Below are positions 55,316 through 64,000 of a stretch of 64,000 nucleotides of DNA, one piece after another. Position 1 is the first letter of the stretch. Every line of letters begins with the position of its first letter. The notes under the pieces were generated by a model. The model was not told the DNA's origin, did no database searches, and saw nothing but the letters and a program-made list of their open reading frames with translations. Made by a program: the position numbers and the translations under genes. Location: assembly GCA_047495785.1 (NCBI GenBank), contig JBLDXI010000024.1, positions 4,154,001 to 4,218,000 of the forward strand. The letters are read 5' to 3'. This DNA comes from Lepidodermella squamata (Eukaryota > Animalia > Gastrotricha).

Positions 55316-58300
55316 TCACATTTTGCTCTCATAACCGGGATAAAGAGGTTGAAAGTTATCTTTAACGGTTTTACCGTACATGTCTCTTATTGCATCTGCT
55401 GGGTAAAATCGTCCATCAATTCCATTAGGATTTTTCTTCCCAGGCATGAAATAATCCAGAACTGACTCAGCAGGCTTTGCATTCCGAACCGGTCTTGTTT
55501 CGATTGCATAATCAATCTCAAGAGTTGCAGCGATTGGCTGCAGTTCAGCATTGACTGGTCGTGGTGGGTGGTGATATCCCAGCAAAGGCCTAGGCATCGT
55601 CTCAATCGTGGCGATTTCAGGAACCCTGTTTCGCTGGCATTCCTCTAGTACTGTCATGAACTTCTCCTCGTCAATTTCCACTGTTGCGTCCAAAGAATAC
55701 GATTCGGCTAATTTCAAAGCTCGGTGCAGTGCATGCTCCACTGAAATTTGGGACAAATTTGTAGAATATCAACAATGCGGGAATGACTCACATTTTGCGA
55801 AGTTTTTATCCCCAATAGGTTTGAATTGCTGATTTTTCCTGTCCTCGCCATTACGGCGCTTGATCATTTTGCTGAATTCGTCCGTCATATAATCGGAAAC
55901 AGCCTTGTCCCACTCCGTATTCCTTTCAACATTCTCCGCAACCTGGCCGTAAGTTACTGATATGATAGCCATGAAAATCTGAACTGCCAAAAACATGACA
56001 ATGGCCGAGTACGCCAGACAAAACAGCATGATGAAACGCGATGACGAGCTGAGTTGCATCAAAGTCCCAGAGACTCCGATAATGTTCTGCACCAGCGTCA
56101 TTATACTCGCTGTGAAAGTTCTAAATTCGTCTCTTGTATCTCCCATGGTCAAATTTCCCAGTCCAGAGAACATCACAGTGATAAGAGCAAATACAAAAAC
56201 AAATGACGCCAAATCTCTTTTCCCCTTCGACAGAGTGGCCAAAAACATGCACCAATGCTTGTTGAACTTGAGGTGCCGGAAGAAGAGCATCATTGCCATG
56301 AAAAAGGCTATGCCATACAAGTTGGCCATCAATTCCTCCCAGTTGATTAGTAAGTCGAGATTCGCGAACGATGAGCGATCTGTCTGCATTCGGGTGATTG
56401 TTTTGATGATGAAATAAATCCTAGCTCCGAAGAGACCAACAATTGCGAATGAGAGAAGAATTGAAGCGGCTTCGAGAACATTCCAGCCATCGCTGAACAC
56501 TTTTCTGGCTCCCTTTTTCCGCAGCTGATATAGAAACTTCACTGCCAGAGAAATTACGAGAAGGATCCATATTCCTTGGACTATGAATATTGGGACAGAT
56601 CCAGCTCCGGAGTATTGATACAGTTGAAGTGGATAGAGTCTAGCATGATAATTCATGCCACCAGCCGCCAGCGCCTCAAAAACAACTTTCACAGCCATGA
56701 AAACGTTAACCTGAGCGTTGTAGACTACGAAATCGACAAAAAGGACCGAAGTAGCGTTGTCCAGCCATCGCCCTGATTTGAGTTGTCTCACCAATTCCTG
56801 AGCCCTCCACATTTTTGTAGGGAGATCGACGTAATACCCTCCGGTTTTGTAACTTGCCATCCAGCCTGCGTAAACAAAGCCGTTATCATTCTCCCGGAGT
56901 AGCCATGGAGCTTCTTCAGTTGAAATATTGGTAGGTTTCGTCCATGTAACTGGGTAGGGGACCCAGCCGTACTGAAAATCTCTGTTTTCCGAAGTCGCAC
57001 CCACGCCATAAGCGGTAGAATACGGGTCTTGGCATGTCACATTTCCACCAGCTAAGCTGTTGAAATACTTCTGAACAGCAGCCTTGACAATAGTTTGGGT
57101 TAGAGGGCAATTTCTGTTGGCGACCCGTTGTTGGCGGAGTCGAATCGGCCCAGTGATTACCACATCATGGTTCGGCACCGAGTAAATATTTTTTGAATTG
57201 AATATCCCGCCATAATTCAGCTGATTTCCATTCAAGAAATTCGGAATTATCTTGCTATCCAGCCAGTTGAAAATAACGTTGTAGTCTTGAACGGCATCTA
57301 GAACTTGTTGATACCTGTCCACAGTGACCAAAGGCTTAAGATCGTGAACCTGCAGGTAGCGATACGAGTTCTGGGTGTATGAGATGACCAATGCAAAAGT
57401 GATGACGTAGATAATGTGATGGCTGATGCCGACTAGAATGTTGCGAAGTCTCTTGAAAACTTCCGTTTTTTCAGCCGTGTTGTCTGAAAGCAAATAGGCT
57501 ACTAATACTCAAAAAATGTTGCAAATTCTACCTTTCGAATAAATAATCTTTCCGATGTTCAATCCATCATCAGGGAGTCTCAATAAGGATGACGTGAAGA
57601 TTGACAGAATGAATACTTTTACAGTTTGGACGATGATGATGTCTTGAACTAGATGCAAGACCATTCCGGACAGCCATTGTAAAGACTTCTCGCGGCCCCA
57701 AACCAGGCTATACATAACAACCATGAAAGCTGAGATTCCGACACAGGCTGCGACCACTATGAAAAAGTGAATTTGAAAGATACATTTCAGTGAATTAATT
57801 ATTTAATTACGAAGCCATGCGATTGCGAGAGTCCAAAAAGACAGCTGGAATGGTTTTTTCTTCTTTTTACCAGGTTCAGATTCTTCTTCATCGTTTTTCT
57901 TGACAGGAGCGTTAAAAACTGTCAGCCATTTGCTATTTTCAGCCGTTCGCCTTTTGACACTCTTGAAGATGAACCCGATTACAGCCGTAGGCGGGATGAT
58001 GATAATACAGCCGATAAAACTCGTGTAAAGTGTGAACCACGAGATTCGGAAGAAACTTCCAATTTTTATTCCGACACGTGGCGAAGTAGATTCCTTGCCG
58101 TAAAACATGCAGCTTACTAGCATTCCCATGAAAATAGCTGCTACAACACATGACAATCGTTCAGCCCTGGTCCAATTGCTAGGTAGAGGACGTTTAATTG
58201 TCGAAAGCCAAGGATGGTTGTCTGTAATTCCTGTTCGAGAATGGCCACTCACAAGATAACGGAAGCCTTTGATTTGATCTTCTGTAGCCAGATTGGCTAC

Positions 58301-61300
58301 AACTCTATCACCAGCTCTCATTGTTGAGCGGACTGGGAAAACAAACTTTTCGCCACTAGCCACATCGAGAAGAACAATCTTATCGATGTAGAGCTGAAAT
58401 GGTTTGACAGACTGTTTCCGGCTAAGAACCATAACTTCGACAGCATTACAATATCCGATCGGGAGGCTCGTGGTCAAAATAAAGTTTTCAGGATGGTCTC
58501 CATTGAAGTTCTTCCTCTGGCCATCAGCCATGAGCCGCCAGTTAGTACTACTGATCTCGCCCCGAAATCTAGCGTAAATCCGAGGTTGCAGGTCATAGCG
58601 CAGAACTTTGTAGTAGTCGATAGATATCAAATAGTTATGCGTGTGATTAGGTTTGTTTTCGATCAAAGGTAAGAACGCCCAAGCTTTCAGGTCGCTTCTA
58701 TCAAGCGCTATCATGAAGGCTAGGAACCCAAGGTATAGGTAAATTGCAGCGACCATGAAGGCAAGGACGAAAGCGTTATCTGAAACTAGGGTCGAGAAGT
58801 TACCGAAAACCTCAGAGAATTCTATAGTATTAGGTGATATCAGCAAATCTGCTCCGAAATCTCCGAAATAAGAGGATTTGAATGCCACCTCGCTCTCAGA
58901 CGTGCTCGGCTCGACATCGAACCCGTACGATGTGTCATTCAGGACGTATTCTGTCGACCTTTTACGTCTGTTATTGGTGGACTGACCGCTTGAAGCGAAC
59001 CCTATTCGCAGATGGTACCCGAAACACTTAACCATTTCGCAAGCAGAAGTTGGCAAATCGTCCAATGCACTGTAGCCCGAAAAGTCCTTTCGATTGAAGA
59101 CGAAAATGGTGAAGTTAGCATTTTCCCCGAGACCAAGTTGGTCTTTCGCGAATGAATGTAAAACTTCAGAAGGAATGACAACGCGCAACTCTTTAGTAGT
59201 ATCATAGTTGAACTTCAGTTTTCCATACCGTGGATGCAGGCTGTCGCTTACTGACGCCTTCGTAACATTGACAACCCACGTGTAAGATTTTACAGTTGGA
59301 GTAACATTCAGCGAAATGAAGGACGAGTATGAATTCTCTACCACCGGATATATGAGGAAGAAATCGCCGGCTCTCGGCGTTGCTGGGAAACTAGCCAAAG
59401 TTCCAATCGTGTCGCCATTTGTAGACAAGTCGCATTTCACTTTGCTGACGTCACACTGAGCTTCTACTTTACGAGTACTCAGCTGAACTGCTCTGTTGAC
59501 AACTGGCTTGGCCGTGATTCTTATCGGATATTCATTGTTTAGAACAAGCTCAGTCTTATCCATGTAGACCTTGATAGAAACCGTCGGCATGTTAAACGGC
59601 TGATTGACGTCGAACACATTCGAAACATAGGCCGATAGAACTGCCGACAGCTTGGAGTTTGCTTTCAATGCTGCCGGAGGCTTATAGAACATATTCAGTA
59701 CATTAGCGGGGGATTGGAACGTTGCGGTTGCTAGATTGGTTCGTAACACGAGACCAGAAGTGTTGCCGGCTTCGAAGTTAAACACTAAAATTGAGAAGAA
59801 CTTCCCGTTGAAGGTGAAATCTCGCCCGGTAAAGAGGGTTTTCTTAACCATAGCAGCCATTCGGTCAAGCATATCTCTGAAACCTGAGTAAATTGCCTCA
59901 GCTTCGTCTTCGTCTAACGTTGTTTGTGTTTCAAGATTTTTCTCTTCTGTGATGAATTTGTCAGCAACACACTTTTTTGTTCCAGCCTGCGGTGCGATAA
60001 TGTCACCTGGGGGAAGCTGAACTGTCTCAACGAGATTCGACATAACAGTGCTTGAAGCCTGAGCATAGGCCATTGTCATTGCCGTAATAGTTTCGACAGG
60101 CACAGTCGAGGCAATATCGACGTATCGCGAGAGTAGAGGTGTGAGATTAGAGAAAAAATCGTCCTATATAAAAGGGTGCAATGGAATAAATGCAAATAAA
60201 ATCTAAATTCATACTGTGATTTTCGTCAGCTTTGATGCATTCGAAGTTTGAGCGATGAATTGCGAGCTGTCGATAGCGATACTGCTCAGTGCGACAGCCT
60301 GCTCGAGAAGAGTTTGGTTAGACAATTTGCTGAATTGTTCGAGCGCAGTTGTTGGGTCTTTCAAAGTAACAGCCGAGGCTGAGCAATCTGAGCCGAAAAA
60401 TCCGATGAGGCATTCGCATTTGTTAAGCGAAACGCATTTTCCAGCGTTTTTGCAACCACCAAGACCAGAACAGTCAGCTGAAAGAAATAATCTGGCATTA
60501 ATTGATTTTTAACGAAGGCCTAGCCAACCTGTGGAGCATGACGGACCAGTCCAAGATGCGTTACAGATGCAATTACCCGGGGCAACGCAGAAGCCGTTTC
60601 CTGAACAGTTATTGACCGAAGAACAGTCAGCTGATTCAAGAAATTTCAATCAAGAACAATTAATTATAGAGCGGGTTCTGAAACATACGTATCGTGCAGT
60701 TCGTACCCAGCCAACCCGATTTGCAAATGCATAGATTAGGCTGGGAACAGACAGCGTTCTTTGGACAGCCGCCGATTCCAGAACAGTCCGCTGAGCATTT
60801 GTCACATTATCACAAATTAGAATCGAAGTAAAATCGGAAAAACTTACGTGTTGCGCAATCAGAGCCAAGCCAATTAGATTGACAGTTACATGTTGATGGT
60901 GCAGAACAGTTTCCATGACCGCTGCAATTGCTACGGCTTGAACAGTCAGCTAAGTTGAAACCACGTTATCGATTCTCATTACTGCTCTATTTTGTTGAAT
61001 ACTTACGAGTACTACATGTTGCCCCGCGCCAAGATCCCGACACGCATGAACAGACATTTGGCGAGGTACAAGTCCCGCCGTTGAGACATCCACCGATTCC
61101 TGAGCAATCAGCTGTTTGAAAACGTGATTTAGATTTAGATTTCAGCTTGACGAATTGTTTTTCATAAAATTACCGGTGGCGCAATCGACACCAAACCATC
61201 CGGAATTACAGCTGCATGTGTTAGCGGACACACAATTGCCATGATTTGAACAATTTTGACGCAAAGAGCAGTCAGCTTTTAGTATCATTTGTTTTAGAAA

Positions 61301-64000
61301 ATCAACATTATGTCCGGGGGAAACTCACGAATGTTGCAAGTGGCTCCAGCCCAGCCAACAGGACAGGTACATTTGTTGGCGGAGGAGCATGTTCCGCCAT
61401 TGTTACATCCACCAATCGAGCTACAGTCAGCTGATAACCAAAGTATTTAAGTAGAGTTCAAAAGGAGTTAGAGCGGCTCACGTGTTGAACAATTAACGCC
61501 TAACCACCCGGATGCGCAAGTGCACGTGTTTGGGGAAGAGCAGGAGCCATGGCCGGAACAGTTTGCTCGAGATGAGCAATCAGCTGTAGAGAATATAATG
61601 TTTCAATCTCGAAAATTGGGCTCAAACTTAAATCTAACGAGTGCTGCAGTTTTGTCCAATGTACCCTGCCGCACATGTGCAAGTGTTAGGCCCAGTGCAT
61701 GTCCCTCCGTTATAGCAGTTTCCTATTGCGGAGCAGCTGGCTAGAATGAAGATGAGCATTTGAAACTAAAATAATGGGTAGAAGAAATTGTCTAACGCGT
61801 AGAGCAGCTGTTTCCAGACCAGCCAGATTTGCAAGAGCAAACATCCGGTTGAGTGCAGTTACCATTACCGGAACACGAGTTTACGCCGTTGCATGTTGCT
61901 ATTCGGGTTTTTTTCATCATACTTCTCCTGATTTTATAGATAGAAAAATGCTACCGGTTCCGCAGTCAGGAGTCGTCCAGCCAGCAGCGCAGGTGCAAGT
62001 TCCTGGCGCGCTGCACGTTCCACCGTTTTTGCAACCTCCAATGCCGCTACAAACGGCTGGGAACAAAATTGAATCAGTTCGACTTTTATTTAATTGAACG
62101 ATTTTTACAATACCTGTGTTACAATTCGCCCCGGTCCATCCAGCTGTACAAGTACAAGTATTAGCGGTAACGCAAGTGCCGCTATTCAAACAGCCACCCA
62201 GAGCAGTGCAATCGGCTTGGGTAAGATTAAGATGAATATTGAGAGCTGAATTGGCACAATTAGAGCCAAACTTACGAATTGAACAGTTGCTACCAATCCA
62301 TCCTGAGGTACAAGTACAGGTGTTGGCTGATGAGCATACACCGTGCCCTGAGCAGTTATTTCGAGACGAACAATCCGCTGAAGTCAAATAGAGCGTGAAA
62401 TCCTACGAAAAATCAACTCTGAGAGCCAAATTACCAACGCTGCAGTTTGTTCCCATCCAGCCGGCTGGACAGCTACAGGTGTTTGGCGCCGTACAAGTGC
62501 CAGAATTTCGGCAATTTCCGATAGAGGAACAGTCCGCTGTTTGGAAAGAAATCATTTAGCTAGTGATTTTTCAGCAATAAGATGATTTACGATTTGAACA
62601 GCTTGGTCCAAGCCATCCGGCTGTGCAAGTGCACGTATCTGGCTGCGTACAACTGCCATGTCCGGAGCAGGAGTTAACAGCAAGGCATGTTGCTATGGGA
62701 AAGCCATAACGATTAGATGGGAAGTAATTAAAATCTTACCGGTGCTGCAATCAGATGATGTCCACCCTGCAGCGCATGTACAAGTGTTAGGACTGCTGCA
62801 CGTGCCTCCATTCTTACACACACCGAGACTGGCACAGTTAGCTATGAAATAGTTTGAAAAGAATTTCTGCCAATACCCTCACGTGGAAACTTACGCGTGT
62901 TGCAGCTCGCTCCAAGCCACGAAGCTGTACAGCTACATGTATTCGCATTAACACATGTCCCTCCGTTGTTGCAGCCTCCAATCGACGAGCAGTCAGCTAA
63001 AAAATATGTATGCTGTATTTATTTGACAGACTTGCTTATAAAACTTACGGGTAGCGCAGTCCAGTCCAGTCCAACCAGAGTTGCAGGAGCAAGTGCTTGC
63101 AGCGGAGCAAGTTCCATGGCCGGAACACTCATTCCGAGTTGAACAATCAGCTGAAATTAGAAATTATAGAGGAATTAAAATAAAATATACAGCATTTCAA
63201 CACTCACGCGTTGAACAATCTGTTCCCTTCCAACCAGCACTGCAAGTGCAAGTGTTCGCAGCAGAGCAAGTGCCACTGTTTTGACAACCGCCAGGGCAGT
63301 CAGCTGAAAGACAAAATGTTGAATTGCAGAAATTCGCAGCATTTCCCTTACGCTGCGAGCAGTTGGCATTTATCCATCCAGCCGAGCAGCTGCAAGTGTT
63401 GGCAGTAACGCAAGTACCATGACCAGAGCAACTGTTTCGAATGGTGCAGTCAGCTAGGTAGCCATTTGCCGAATAAAGGAATTAGGGGATAACAGATTGA
63501 AAATTGCATATTACCTGTTGCGCAAGTTGTACCGGCCCAACCAGACGAGCAAGTACAAGTATCAGGAGCAGAACACACTCCGCTATTCTGACAACCTCCA
63601 ATTCCTGAACAGTCAGCTTAAATAAAGGCATACTTCAGAGCAATGGAATCCTAATTTTTCCATCTTCTTACGAGTCGCGCAATCCAAGCCAGTCCAACCT
63701 GCACTACAGGTGCAGACATTGGGCGATGTGCAAGTTCCGTGACCGGAACAAGAATTTCGGGCCGGACAAGTTGCTTCAAATCAATTATCATTTTAATTTG
63801 GTGTGATTTCATGGAAACAAATCATACCAACACTGCAGTCTGCAGTTGTCCATAGAGCAACGCAGGTGCAAGTGTTGGGACTGTTGCAAGTGCCTCCATT
63901 CTTGCACCCACCGAGACTGGCGCAATTAGCTATCAAATCGTACTTGAAGTATTTATGCCGAGCACTGCATGCGGCAACTTACGGGTGCTGCAGCTAGCTC
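55316..64000 (-). CDS. Polycystin-1-like gene D, 5'-partial: >=23 EGF exons-GAIN-like-TM1-PLAT-TM2-5-TOP-channel
   Basis: Core ORFs 57803-60103, 57509-57757 and 55769-57493 with HPWLSTIKRPLPSNWTRAERLSC, GPIRLRQQRV, GRWLDNATSVLFVD. Last exon 55740-55316. EGF exons run to the window edge. Confidence 0.9.
60376..64000 (-). repeat. Tandem array of >=23 single-EGF exons in gene D
   Basis: About 102-nt 6-Cys exons separated by about 55-nt introns at a period near 157 nt, mostly alternating CxNGG/NSG-type and CSG[H/N]G-type units. Confidence 0.85.

Noticed and set aside
55316-55330. C-terminal SKM of gene D as a peroxisomal targeting signal
   Set aside because: Implausible for a multi-pass membrane protein and not shared by paralogs.

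Overview
Eukaryotic DNA, most likely from a compact invertebrate animal genome (species not identifiable from sequence). Most introns are GT-AG and about 49-60 nt, so the ORF track breaks genes into fragments; the spliced models below were rebuilt by hand. 1-13 kb: a full-length-type ABCB/P-glycoprotein gene (5' end outside the window), a convergent atypical cytochrome P450 whose motifs recall fungal GliC-type P450s and which lacks an N-terminal anchor, an intronless ankyrin-like/SOCS-box gene, and a head-to-head pair of ankyrin-repeat genes that both carry signal peptides (one also has a TM helix). 13.7-64 kb: a cluster of four polycystin-1-like (PKD1-like, about 11 TM) genes, A(-), B(+), C(-), D(-), sharing a GAIN-like/TM1/PLAT/TOP/channel core but with very different ectodomains (discoidin + 4 fibrinogen domains + PAN + Sushi in A and C; a lectin-like domain + Thr-rich stalk in B; single-exon EGF arrays of about 7, 3, 35 and >=23 units). 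Main candidate novelty: in all four paralogs the GPS autoproteolysis motif is degenerate (CxCxHL|T becomes FK[C/S]SYF|G) and a conserved furin-type RxR/KR site sits about 25-30 aa upstream, suggesting convertase cleavage replaced self-cleavage. Several MITEs (hAT-, piggyBac-like, palindromic) and an RTE-like remnant occupy large introns and intergenic DNA. No CRISPR, rRNA or tRNA recognised.
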